In this document: positions 1-11,637 of the stretch, piece by piece
Layout: each line of letters begins with the position of its first letter
Numbering within the stretch: position 1 is the first letter of the stretch
Assembly: GCA_951406725.2 (NCBI GenBank)
Contig: OX597818.1
Span: 48,856,001-48,920,000 of the forward strand
Direction of reading: 5' to 3'
Source: Octopus vulgaris
Taxonomy: Eukaryota
DNA length: 64,000 nt
Program-made: the position numbers and the translations under genes
Notes under the pieces: model-generated
Told to the model about the DNA's origin: nothing
Databases searched by the model: none
Seen by the model: the letters and a program-made list of their open reading frames with translations, nothing else

Positions 1-277
1 GGCAGGATAGATGTTGGGAGGAGGGGACAGTGAAAAGAAAAGAGGTGAGAGGCAGTAGAGGATAACAGTGAGCAAGCAAGCAAGCTTCACAGGTGGTGAG
101 AGACATGGCTGATAAGGTCATGACCGAAGTAATTTGGGTGTGGGTGGAGGATAGAAAGTGGACAAAGGGAGACTGACCAGGGTTGATCAAAACAAGTCTT
201 TTGCATAGGCCTAGTGAAGAAGGAGGGAAGTAGAGTGATGGGTTGTGTGTGTGTATATATATTATAGCTATTTATAT

Positions 278-312
<35 letters not shown>

Positions 313-331
313 TTATATATATATATATATA

Positions 332-601
332 AACTCTGTCTGTTTTTTTATGTTTTATATATATTCTTTATAATATTAATGTAGAATATAGAATATATAG
401 TAAAATGAAATGAAGTATTGATTGTCTTAAGGTCCCAAGTTGTGACAGGAGTGTTTCAACCATATATATATATATAGAACCACTCCTGTCACAACTTGGG
501 ACCTTAAGACAATCAATACTTCATTTCATTTTACTATATATTCTATATTCTACATTAATATTATAAAGAATATACATAAAACATAAAAAACAGACAGAGT
601 T
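332..601. repeat. Near-perfect inverted duplication (~120-bp arms, (TA)n spacer), Penelope-like terminal fragment
   Basis: 332-453 is the reverse complement of 481-601 with few mismatches. Both arms start at a GAAA-CA-CTCC-TG-TC motif resembling a hammerhead 3' half (GAAC in the + arm). Confidence 0.85.
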
Positions 602-901
602 GGAATTCCTTTGAATAACATATATCCCTCTATACACAATCATACAAACTCTTTTGTATGATTGAGTCCAACATAGGTCATATATTAGCATGCATATATA
701 TATAAAAAATTAGCAGAATGAGATAAAAAAAAATCCAAACGGTTCAAAGTCTCCCTTGACCACAAGTGGCCTGAACTCTTTACATGAACACCACCCTGTA
801 CATAACTCCATGTCCCCCTACATGGCCTTGCTTTTTTGCTTTTTGAGCCCAAAAATTAACTAACTAACTAACTAACATTTCAGAACATTTATAAAGAGAA
901 G

Positions 902-948
902 GTCTTACAGCTGTTTTGGGATATTTTATATATCCCTTCATCAGAGAC
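902..948 (-). ncRNA. Minimal type I hammerhead ribozyme motif (core G12 mutated)
   Basis: Minus strand reads GTCT-CTGATGA-aGGGATAT-ataaa-ATATCCC-aAAA-CAGCTG-TA-AGAC. Helix I GTCT/AGAC and helix II are perfect, and helix III is palindromic. Confidence 0.7.
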
Positions 949-1181
949 GGTGCAAGAAAATGGTTAAGCCATAGTTATTACAGAGAAGATATGTTTCCTG
1001 TACCTTGTGTGTGGAACTCACACACAAGGTACAGGAAACTTATGTATATACCATTCTGCTTAAATAATGGAACTGCAGATACAATATCCTTACTTATCTC
1101 ACGTCTGTTTTCATTCCTCCACTTCACTCTGTATTTCATATTTTCTCTGTAATAACTATTGTTTAACCATTTTCTCGCACT

Positions 1182-1229
1182 GTTTCTGATGAAGGGATAT
1201 CTAAAATATCCTGGAAACACCTGTAAGAC
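1182..1229 (+). ncRNA. Minimal type I hammerhead ribozyme motif
   Basis: gttt-CTGATGA(1186-1192)-agggatat-ctaaa-atatcctg-GAAA(1214-1217)-cacctg-TA-agac. This is the inverted copy of 902-948. Confidence 0.7.
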
Positions 1230-1495
1230 CTTCTCTTTATAAAGGTTCCGAAAATCTTTCGCAGCCTTGGATTTCTTATCTCATTCTATTAATTTTATAT
1301 ATACATACATATTTATATATATATATATATATAAGTTAGGGGTTGTGGATCCAACCCACTAAGGGATAATACTTATCCAATATACTTTTGGTATAATACC
1401 CAAATTATTAATACAAAAGTGTTTTTAATTTCAATGCAATAAACTTACTTATTGTATTAAATGGGTGAAGGTAAAGAAATATTTTACCATTAATT

Positions 1496-1954
1496 TATAT
1501 TACAGATAAGAAAATGGAGAAACACATTAGTTGGTTCATCAGCTTTAGGATATTAGAATGTTGCCTTATTTAATTAACAAAACTACAACCATAATAACAT
1601 ACATATATACAGTATAAAATTCAATGCATATAAGATAAGAATACAAGTAGTTATTAAAAAAAACATTAATATAAATTATTAAAATCTTTAAAATCACAGC
1701 TGTTTCAGTCTATGGAAAAAAGTAACTTGTTGTGCCTTTCCATAGGCCGAAACAGCTGTAAGTAATTTTAATAATTCATATTAATGTTTTTTTGATAACT
1801 ACTTGTATTCTTATCTTATATGCATTGAATTTTATACCATTTTATATGTATGTTATATTGGTTGTCGTTTTGATAAATAAATAAGTCAACATTCTAATAT
1901 CTTAAAGCTGATAAACTAACTAATGTGTTTCTCCATTTTCTTATTTGTAATATA
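1496..1954. repeat. Inverted duplication (~220-bp arms) beginning in a hammerhead 3' half
   Basis: 1496-1718 is the reverse complement of 1737-1954. GAAA-CAGCTG-TA lies at 1749-1760 and is mirrored at ~1696-1706. Confidence 0.85.
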
Positions 1955-1998
1955 TATATATATATATAAGAGAACAAGATGTACGTTACGCCGCAATA

Positions 1999-2189
1999 AT
2001 ATATGTATAAAAAATATATATAAAAATACAAAATGGGACAAGAACGCAAAACACGCAATTGCAAGGATGATCCGGTTCTTGACTGAAGATTAGAGGCTTC
2101 GAATGACCCGTCCGTTTTTTGTGTCGTCTCTTTGAGTGTTTTGCGTTCCTGTCCCATTTTGTATTTTTATATATATTTTTTATACATAT
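1999..2189. repeat. Short inverted duplication (55-bp arms) around a degenerate CTGAAGA...GAA core
   Basis: 1999-2054 pairs with 2136-2189. Confidence 0.7.
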
Positions 2190-2204
2190 ATATATATATA
2201 TATA

Positions 2205-2594
2205 GGCACAGGAGTGGCTGTGTGGTAAGTAGCTTGTTTACCAACCACATGGTTCTGGGTTCAGTCCCACTGTGTGGCACCTTGGGCAAGTGCCTTCTAC
2301 TATAGCCTCGGGCCGACCAAAGCCTTGTGAGTGGATTTGGTAGACGGAAACTGAAAGAAGCCCATCGTATATATGTATATATATATATGTGTGTGTCTGT
2401 GTTTGTCCCCCTAGCATTGCTTGACAACCGATGCTGGTGTGTTTATGTCCCCGTTACTTAGCGGTTCGGCAAAAGAGACCGATAGAATAAGTACTGGGCT
2501 TACAAAAGAATAAGTCCCGTGGTCGAGTTGCTCGATTAAAGGCGGTGCTCCAGCATGGCCGCAGTCAAATGACTGAAACAAGTAAAAGAGAGTA
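2205..2594 (+). mobile_element. tRNA-derived SINE family A, full length
   Basis: Head has A-box TGGCTGTGTGG and B-box GGTTCAGTCCC, followed by an internal (TA)(TG) microsatellite and tail ...GACTGAAACAAGTAAAAGAG. About 20 copies occur in the window. Confidence 0.9.
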
Positions 2595-2891
2595 ATATAT
2601 ATATATATTTATTAGAAAAAAAAACGTAATAATTTATGTAGAAAAAAAGATCAGTTTCATGCACGAAAACTTCTGTTTGTTTATTATGTAACAGTAATAA
2701 GTGAGTTGTATGTGTTATTTTATATATCAATACATTAATGGCAATTATATAATGCACAAGACTTTGGTCGGCATGGCACTGTAATGAAAGAGAATTGCCC
2801 AATGTGCCGTAGAGTGGGACTGAACCCATGGCACCATGGTTGGAAAGCAAGCTTCTCAACCACACAGCCATGCCTATAAAGGGGTGATATA

Positions 2892-3071
2892 TCATCATCA
2901 TCATCATCATCATTTAGCGTTCGCTTTCCATGCTAGCATGGGTTGGGAGGTTCAACTGGGGTCTGTGAAGCCAGAAGGCTGCATCAGGCCCAGTCTGATC
3001 TGGCAGTGTTTCTACGGCTGGATGCCCTTCCTAACACCAACCACTCCGTGTGTGTAGTGGGTGCTTTTTAC
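2892..3071 (-). mobile_element. RTE-tail non-autonomous retroelement family E (3' part)
   Basis: (CAT)n tail plus CCATGCTAGCATGG hairpin and GGATGCCCTTCCTAA motif shared with >12 copies. Confidence 0.85.
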
Positions 3072-3437
3072 ATTTTGGATAATATACTCCTTGATACAAA
3101 ATGCTTAACAAAAAGATGGGATGCTTACAACAAGAAGACCTTTGGTTTTAATATTTACTTGAGCAATGCCATAACTAACAGTGCTACACCATGCAGGGTG
3201 TTCCATTGAAACTATCTGTTTCAATGAAATTGAACAAATTTTTAAAAACTGCCAGAATTTTATGATTATTACCAAAACAAATAGGTTTATAAATCTTACG
3301 TCAAACTTTTATTGAAAATTTTCAACATGGTCCGTGACACTCCATGGACCCTATGTAATGCATGTGAAAAATTTCATTAAAATTGGTTGGGTAGATCTCC
3401 AGTTTAAACATGATAAACACACAGACAGACACACATC

Positions 3438-3502
<65 letters not shown>

Positions 3503-3503
<1 letters not shown>

Positions 3504-3778
3504 GTGTCAGCGCTGCCTTGGCTGGCTTCCGTGCCGGTGGCACGTTAAAAGCACCAACCAATCGTGGCCGATGCCAGACACCCCTGGCACTTGTGCAGGT
3601 GGAACGTAAAAAGCACCCACTACACTCGCGGAGTGGTTGGCATTAGGAAGGGCATCCAGCTGTAGAAACACTGCCAGATCAGGCTGGAGCCTGGTGCAGC
3701 CCCTGGCTTCCCAGACCCCGGTCGAACCATCCAACCCATGCTAGCACGGAAAACGGATGTTAAACGATGATGATGATG
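3503..3778 (+). mobile_element. Family E RTE-tail element
   Basis: GTGCCGGTGGCACG units, GGTTGGCATTAGGAAGGGCATCC motif, ends in (GAT)n. Confidence 0.85.
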
Positions 3779-4097
3779 GACTCTGTTGTCACTGTTTGAT
3801 ATATGAGGATCCAACAACCTACACTTTCTTTGTCAAATGTGTAATTTGAGTCCTGCCAACGATTAGCAGATGTTACAAGTATGAGGAGTATAGGTCAGTG
3901 CAAGTGGTATATTTGCAGCCACTTTTCTCCTTTGCTTCACAATCCTTAGCTTGTTAATGCTGGTTGAAACAGTCTCTTATGCCATTTAGACATGATGATC
4001 TCCATTTTGTTTGTTCCAAAGCTCTTTGCTCATTGGTGTTGTGAGCTGTGTTGACTGCTGAGAGGTTACTCTTCAGCTTATACTTAAATCTGAGTAA

Positions 4098-4332
4098 AGA
4101 CGGTGAGCTGGTAGAAACGTTAGCACGCCGGGCAAAAAGCGTAGCCGTATTTCGTTTGCCGTTATGTTCTGAGTTCAAATTCCGCTGAGGTCGACTTTGC
4201 CTTTCATCCTTTCGGGATCGATAAATTAAGTACCAGTTACACACTGGGGTTGATGTAATCGACTTAATCCTTTTGTCTGTCCTTTTGTTGTCCCCTTCTG
4301 TGTTTAGCCCCTTGTGGGTAGTAAAGAAATAT
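4098..4332 (+). mobile_element. SINE family B (tRNA-like head, conserved GCCTTTCATCCTTTCGGG core)
   Basis: B-box GAGTTCAAATTCC. The core is repeated in ~17 copies and the imperfect TSD is tatactta.atctg. Confidence 0.85.
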
Positions 4333-4519
4333 ATACTTATATCTGTGATTTACATCTGTGCCCACTATCAAGCTGGCTGTACATGAAGACTTTGGATGTT
4401 CTTTTGTCACTTATTCTGATCTATTAGAACCTTGTTTACTCTGTGAGATGGTGTTCTTATAACTTAGAAGAAGCACAACTCTGCTGTCTCTCATTTATTT
4501 CTCTCCTTTCAACTTTACT

Positions 4520-4548
4520 CTGAAGAAGGACACTTTGTCTGAAACGTT
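4520..4548 (+). ncRNA. Degenerate minimal hammerhead motif
   Basis: CTGAAGA-aGGACA-ctt-TGTCT-GAAA-CG-TT; helix I is poorly conserved. Confidence 0.45.
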
Positions 4549-4657
4549 GGATTTCCCATTCCTCATAGCAATATCGCTGTATTCTTTTCATTGATTTTAC
4601 TACATAATATAAGTCTTACCAATGTAGACCTTCACTAACCTCTTTGCAGTCTGTTTG

Positions 4658-4695
<38 letters not shown>

Positions 4696-4698
<3 letters not shown>

Positions 4699-4978
4699 GA
4701 GGCGCAATGCCCTAGTGGTTAGGGCAGCGGACTCGCGGTCGCAGGATCGCGGTTTCGATTCCCAGACTGGGCGTTGTGTGTGTTTATTGAGCGAAAACAC
4801 CTAAAAGCTCCATGAGGCTCCGGCAGGGGGTGGTGATCCCTGCTGTACTCTTTCACCACTCTTTCTCCCACTCTTTCTTCTGTTGGCATCATTCGAAGGC
4901 TAAAACAATGCGAACGCATTGTGACCAGCGATGTGTAACAACATCTGATAGCCTGGTCGGTCACGTTGATCACGGTGA
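4696..4978 (+). mobile_element. tRNA-derived SINE family C (head shared with 51614, different tail)
   Basis: GGAGGCGCAATG..TAGTGGTTAGGGCAGCGGAC..GGTTTCGATTCCC head, embedded in (TA)n. Confidence 0.8.
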
Positions 4979-5092
4979 TATATATATATATTTATTTATT
5001 TAGTTAATCCAAACATGAAAGCACAAAAAAAACACAACAACGCGAGGACATGGAACAAATATAGTATTATTGGACTCGAAGGAAAGAAGGAG

Positions 5093-5127
5093 GGTCAACG
5101 TTTCGAGCGGAGCTCTTCATCGGAAAC
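5093..5127 (-). ncRNA. Hammerhead-like motif (CCGAUGA variant) in a Penelope-like fragment at ~4990-5190
   Basis: Minus strand reads gttt-CCGATGA-aGAGC-tcc-GCTC-GAAA-CG-TT-gacc. Confidence 0.5.
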
Positions 5128-5814
5128 ATAGGAGAAGGGAAAACAGAGGAAAAAAATCGACAACGGTGCACAGGCGGTCACATTTATATAAAATGGAATG
5201 GCACTTGCGCAAAGATGACACAGATTTGTGAAGCAGTCCTTGTTTATTGCCATGCCCCCACTGTCTCTCCCAGCTGAGAGGCCTTTGTCTTGCAGGAGCC
5301 TGGTGCAGCCATCTGGTTCGCCAGCCCTCAGTCAAAATCATCCAACCCATGCTAGCATGGAAAGCAGACGTTAAACGATGATGATGATGAGCTGGTGCTG
5401 CAAAAAATTCACTTGTGCTAGTACTGTGTAAGTGCAGTTGTGCCAGTGGCATGTAAAAAGCACCCAACATACTCTGTGAAGTGGTCGGCATTAGGAAGGG
5501 CATCCAGCCTTAGAAACCATGTCAGACAGACAATTGATGTCTGGACAGCTCTCCAGCTGCCTGACTCCTGTCACTAACACATGCCAACATGGAAAGCAAA
5601 CATTAAATGATGATGATGAAATTGAAGAAAAACACTAATATATATATATTTAGCTCCTATATACGTTTCATCATTTGAACTCTGCATTGGATGTTCCTGA
5701 TGTGTTTGGATGTCTAACCACAATGGATCAACAGGGGAGCAGTTTATTGCAAACTGTTATAAAGATCTAATATCTGTAAGTCAGACAAAGAAAGTGGTGG
5801 AGAGGAAAAAGGAC

Positions 5815-6015
5815 AGAAACGTTAGCATGCTGGGTGAAATACTTAGCGGTATTCCGTCTGTCATTACGTTCTGAGTTCAAATTCTGCCAAAGTCAACTTT
5901 GCATTCATCCTTTCAGGGTCAATAAATTAAGTACCAGTTGCGTACCAGGGTCGATCTAATCAACCTGGCTCCCTCCCCAAAATTTTCGGGCCTTGTGCCT
6001 AGAGTAGAAAAGAAT
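5815..6015 (+). mobile_element. SINE family B, alternative tail variant
   Basis: Same head and core as 4098, with tail CCCCAAAATTTTCGGGCCTTGTGCCTAGAGTAGAAAAG. Confidence 0.75.
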
Positions 6016-6575
6016 ATACATACATACATACATATATATATATATACACACACACATACACTTACATATATGTGCATACACACACCCATACATATATACA
6101 TATATGTATTTACACATACATAAGTACATGCATACAGATGCATATACATACTTGTATGTACACATAACATATGAATATATATATGTGTGTGTATATATAT
6201 ATAACGAGAATGTGAAACTCCTAGTAATAGCTTTTGTTGAATTTCTGCTGCTTTTAAATAAAGCATATTACTCTACCTCTGGTATTTGAGTACTCTTTTT
6301 TCCACCTTGTTTCACATTTATGTGTTTACTCCGGTATATATATGTATATACATATATACACAGACATACACATGTATATATATATATATACATACAGGCA
6401 CACAAATATATATTCATGCATATACATATATTCCCATACATATATACATATATAACATGTACACATAGAACAATACCCTCATCCATAGACCAACAAGCTT
6501 ACCATAGGTATAAGTGTACACAATACATACCCAAAAATGTGTGGGTAGGTACATATAGACATACATACATATATA

Positions 6576-6759
6576 CAGGGTGTGTTAATTATCAGTATTG
6601 TTCTTATACCATTTCTCATAGAATTTAAAGATCCTGGACTTTTTTGTGTTGACAATTCATGATTGTATTCCTGTCATGAACTGTCTACACAAAGAGTCCA
6701 AGACATTCAAATTCTATGAGAAACGATACAAGGACAATGCTAATAATTAACATACCCAC
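6576..6759. mobile_element. Fully palindromic Tc1/mariner-type MITE
   Basis: TA|CAGGGTGTGTTAATTA...TAATTAACATACCC; the ~85-bp imperfect arms span nearly the whole element. Confidence 0.75.
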
Positions 6760-6862
6760 ATACCCTATGCATTATATGTATGTACACTCACACATGTGTA
6801 TGCATACATTTATATGTTTGGTTAGTCCGTTTGTCTAGATGTGAGTATCGTTGAATGCTTAT

Positions 6863-6864
<2 letters not shown>

Positions 6865-6901
<37 letters not shown>

Positions 6902-6935
6902 AAACATATGTATTTATGTACATATGGATATATAT

Positions 6936-6966
<31 letters not shown>

Positions 6967-7036
6967 CACATACACGTGTGTGTGTGCTTGTGTGTATGTA
7001 TGTGTACATTCTTGTATGTATATGTGAATGTATGTA

Positions 7037-7072
<36 letters not shown>

Positions 7073-7137
7073 TATATATACACACACACACCTAAGTAAA
7101 TATGTATGTCCATATTTATCTATCTATATATGTAAAT

Positions 7138-7179
<42 letters not shown>

Positions 7180-7267
7180 CATGTATGTTTTTGTATGTGT
7201 GTATATTTGCATGTATGTATGTATAAATATGTATATACATATGTGTGTATGTCTATCTTTATGTATG

Positions 7268-7300
<33 letters not shown>
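6865..7300. repeat. Compound (TA)n/(TG)n/(TACA)n microsatellite field
   Basis: Seen directly; it is the source of the YIYI ORFs. Confidence 0.95.
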
Positions 7301-7301
<1 letters not shown>

Positions 7302-7536
7302 TAGTTGAAAAAAGATTAAAGATCTATACAAATCAAATTTTTATATAACCTGTTCTTCAAATTTATATAGAATTTTACTGATTTTTAATAAGATAAGATT
7401 CATCAAAACCGGTAATATTTTCTTTATATAATGTTTTAAAAACTTTTTTTTTTTTTTATTAAATACCCTCTTAAATTGAAATGTCTTAGACTTACTTCTG
7501 TGCTATTTCCACCTCTATTATATATATATATATATT

Positions 7537-7648
7537 GCAGGCATGATTATGTGGTAAGAAGCTTGCTTCCCAACCATATGGCTTTGGGGTCAGGCTGACC
7601 AGAACCTTATAAGTGGCTTTGGTAGATTGAAACTGAAAAAAGCCCATC

Positions 7649-7721
<73 letters not shown>

Positions 7722-7940
7722 TCTGCATGTATGTGTCTGTGTTTGTCCTCACCATTGCTTGACAACTGGTGTTGGTGTGTTTACATCCCCATAGCTTAGC
7801 AGTTTGGCAAAAGGGACTGATTGACTAAGTACTAAGCTTAAAAAAAAAGTTCTGGGGTCAATTTGTTCGACTAGAATCCTTTACGGCAGTGCCCTAGCAT
7901 AGCTGTTGTCAAATGAGTGAAACAAGTAGAAGATGAAAGA
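7537..7940 (+). mobile_element. SINE family A, diverged
   Basis: Colinear similarity to 2205-2594. Confidence 0.75.
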
Positions 7941-8196
7941 TATATATGTAAGCACACGACTGTAAAACACTGCCTCAGTAGCATTGATCTTTGTTTGGAA
8001 AAACAAGATGCAAATAAGATTGTATGTTTGTGTTTGTATATCCATTATAGGCAATTGAAACAATATTAAATTAAAATAGCCCTCTATATATTATATTCAA
8101 TATAAATACATCATTGAAAGTCAAATTTAGTGTTAAATTTGCCTTTTAAAGATGTATTTACTTTAAGTATGATACATAAATGCCTATATATATATA

Positions 8197-8245
<49 letters not shown>

Positions 8246-9170
8246 GTGTATATAACAAATAAAATTAAAAACAGAACACAAAGGATATCGCAGTACACAT
8301 GTTTCAAGCTTTATAAATAATCCGTTCTTACATCAGTGTATAATTGATATAAAAGATGGCTTAAATCTCTCTTCAGCCACAAACATTGTTATTCCAAAGA
8401 GTTACATCACAATATAAAAAATATGAAAAGTACATGTAGTATTACCCATTATAATAGGATTATCATATCTCCCCAAGAAAGTGTATTTGTAAAATTTCCT
8501 AACTGTATAAATGTATAAGGATTCATTGGATTTCGAAAATCTTCCCATACTGTATCACCAGTCAACATAGAGTGAAAGTATGTATATGTATATATGTATG
8601 TGTACATACATGCACATGTACATACATACATATGTGTACATGTGCATCTATGTCTCTGTGCACATCGTTGGTTTACGTTTGTGCTCCTTTGAAAATTGCT
8701 CAGTTGCAGGTAGTAATGTTCCTATAATCTGATCTGTCAACTGCTGGTTTTGCATCTTGAAGATGTACACAATAAGATATCCCCTTACATTGCAAATGGG
8801 TAAAGGTCAGCCACAGAAAGCGTATGTTCAGCCAGAAAACAATGTCTGAATAACATATTTATTTACTCCGTACTTGCATGGGAAAATGGACATAAAAATG
8901 ATCAAGAGAAAAATACAGACACATACGCATGCTCACACACACACACACACACGTGTATGTACATATAATGGGTGTCTCCAAAACATGTATATGCATACTA
9001 AGTCAGTGTTTATTAAAAAAAATGTTTTAAAATTTTAAAAACGTCTACAGACAGAATTTAATTTTTTTTTCTGAATGCTTGTTTTCAAACAGATGTGTGT
9101 TCTGGTCTGGGTACTGTTGATAACACAAAGCAATGGTATCACAAACATCAAGAAACATTTCAATCAATAT

Positions 9171-9560
9171 TTTACTCTTTTACTTGTTTCAGGCATTTGA
9201 CTGCAGCCATGCTGGAGCACCGCCTTTAGTCGAGCAAATCGACCCCGGGACTTATTCTTTGTAAGCCCAGTACTTATTCTATCGGTCTCTTTTGCCGAAC
9301 CGCTAAGTGACGGGGACGTAAACACACCAACATCGGTTGTCAAGCAATGCTAGGGAGACAAACACAGACACACTAACACATACACACACATACATATATA
9401 CATATATACGACAGGCTTCTTTCAGTTTCCGTCTACCAAATCCACTCACAAGGCATTGGTCGGCCCGGGGCTATAGCAGAAGGCACTTGCCCAAGATGCC
9501 ACGCAGTGGGACTGAACCCGGAACCATGTGGTTGGTTAGCAAGCTACTTACCACACAGCC
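9171..9560 (-). mobile_element. SINE family A, young subfamily
   Basis: Near-identical to the copies at 21173, 22311, 24903 and 29144. Confidence 0.9.
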
Positions 9561-9685
9561 TCAAATCATCAACTGGTGTCAGTTTTGTACTATAAAGTTT
9601 ATCTTGTCCCCTCCCCCCCAAAAGGCTAGTGGTGTGAGGTCTGGTGAATGTGGAAGGTATTCTACAGAACCTCTTCATCTACTTA

Positions 9686-10270
9686 TCATCATCATCATCA
9701 TCATTATACGTCCGCTTTCCATGCTAGCATGGCTTGGACGATTTGACTGAGGTCTTGCGAACCAGACTCCAATCTGATCTGGCAGAGTTCCTACAGCTGG
9801 ATGCCCTTCCTAATGCCAACCACTCCGAGAGTGTAGTGGGTGCTTTTTACGTGCCACCAGCACAAGGGCCAGTTTGGTGGTACTGGCAACGGCCATGCCC
9901 AAATGGTGCTTTTTACGTGCCACCTGCTCAGGAGCCAGTCCAGCGGCACTGGCGACGACCTCACTCGAATATTTCACATGCCACCAGCACAAGTGCTAGT
10001 AAGGCGATGCTGGTAACGATCACGCTCGAATGGTTTGCTTAACGTGCCATCGGCACGAAGCCCAGCTTGTTGCTTTGGCAACGATCTCACTCATATGGTA
10101 CTCTTAGCGCTCCACTAACAACGGATGCCAGTCACCGGATTTGATTTCGACTTCGATTTCACTGGCCCCAACTGGTCTTCGCAAGCAGAATTTAGTGTCC
10201 AATGAAGAAAAGGCATGCATAAGTGGACTGGTTACATCCCTTGCATAGGCCACAAGGTTATGGTCACACT
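9686..10270 (-). mobile_element. Family E RTE-tail element with long internal tandem array
   Basis: (CAT)n tail, repeated GTGCCACC units and an extended 5' part. Confidence 0.85.
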
Positions 10271-11216
10271 TGCGCTTGCCAAGTCTTCTGCAGCACAGCA
10301 TATTTCCAGAGGTCGGCAAAATCTCATCAAGGTAGGCCCTTACATTTCTATGGTAGTGTTGGAGTGCCCCATCTTGCTGGAAATAACACTCCATATCTTC
10401 AAAGTCCTCTTGAATGACGGGCATGACAGATTGTTGCAGTACAAGTAAATGGGATTAGTTACAATACCATGTAAAAAGAATGGTCCAGTTAATCTTTTTG
10501 ATGATAATTGGCACCATTCAATAAGAAAACATTAAGGTCAGTTATAGCTGCCTTGGTGATATAGGATATCAGATATTGAACCACAACAAAATCACTGCAT
10601 ATGTCTATAATTTAAACCCAGCCCCACAAGTCTGTAATTTCTGAGAAGGTCAAAATGTCCACTTGAAAATAAATGTCTCTCCCAAAGAACCTGCTTATAA
10701 AGTTTGAAGTGTATAATTATGGTGACACTACCAAAATGCATACCAAGCTCACAGAAAAGGGTATTTTAAGATCTTTTTCATACAACTCTTTTCTACATCA
10801 AGAAACAGAAAGCATGTCAAAATATACCTGGTACAGGAAGGACAGTGATATCAACAATTGTACTATTGTACTATCAAGCAAAAAACCGACAACCGCTGTG
10901 GTACAAGATGCAAGCTGTGTGCAACCAAAAAATCGACTATCCTAGCTACAACAAACATCCTGAACACAAGAGAGGAAACACTATCCCCTTTGCCTGCATG
11001 CAAACATTCAAGTACATTCTTCTTCTAACAGGATAGTGACAGCTCATAGCCTGGATTTCCTGGTCATAAAAGCCCCTTCCCTCACACATGAACCCATTAA
11101 TCCTTTTACTGGTTTCACCACCATTATTGTCATCATCATTAGTGTTCTGTCACCATGATTATTAGCTTGGTTACCTTTATTACTATTTGTAGTATAACTA
11201 CTAACTTCAGCATTAC

Positions 11217-11637
11217 CTATTTCTTTTACTACCCACAAGGGGCTACACACAGAGAGGACAAACAAGGACAGACAAATGGATTAAGTCGATTATATTGACC
11301 CCCCAGTGCGTAACTGGTACTTATTTAATCGACCCTGAAAGGATGAAAGGCAAAGTCGACCTCAGCGGAATTTGAACTCAGAACGTAACGGCAGACAAAA
11401 TACCTATTTCTTTACTACCCACAAGGGGCTAAACACAGAGAGGACAAACAAGGACAGACAAACGGTTTAAGTCGATTATATTGACCCCAGTGCGTAACTG
11501 GTACTTATTTAATCGATCCCGAAAGGATGAAAGGCAAAGTCGACCTTGGTGGAATTTGAACTCAGAACGCAGCGGCAGACGAAATACTGCTAAGGATTTC
11601 GCCCGGTGTGCTAACGTTTCTGCCAGCTTGCTGCCTT
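11217..11637 (-). mobile_element. SINE family B dimer
   Basis: Two ~187-bp units plus head; TSD CTTCAGCATTAC at 11205-11216 and 11635-11646. Confidence 0.9.

Larger units (their letters stand above)
705..1297. mobile_element. Inverted duplication of a hammerhead-containing Penelope-like pLTR fragment
   Basis: 878-993 pairs with 1137-1253, the outer ends 705-737 pair with 1267-1297, and there is a central hairpin at 993-1039. Both ends run into (TA)n. Confidence 0.75.
8967..10560 (-). pseudogene. Tc1/mariner (rosa/DD41D-like) transposase remnant interrupted by two SINEs
   Basis: YFQQDGALQHYHRNVRAYLDEILP at ~10315-10390 continues as EYLPHSPDLTPLAFWG at ~9615-9665. A TIR-like GGGTGTCTCCAAAA lies at ~8969. 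Confidence 0.65.

Noticed and set aside
8290-8385. Minus-strand CTGAAGA...GAAACATGT arrangement
   Set aside because: The spacing is too long and the helices are unconvincing; at best a heavily decayed Penelope-like end.
9337-9750. Recurrent ORFs such as RQASFSFRLPNPLTR and FLQLDALPNANHS suggesting a protein family
   Set aside because: They are antisense or chance translations of SINE families A and E.
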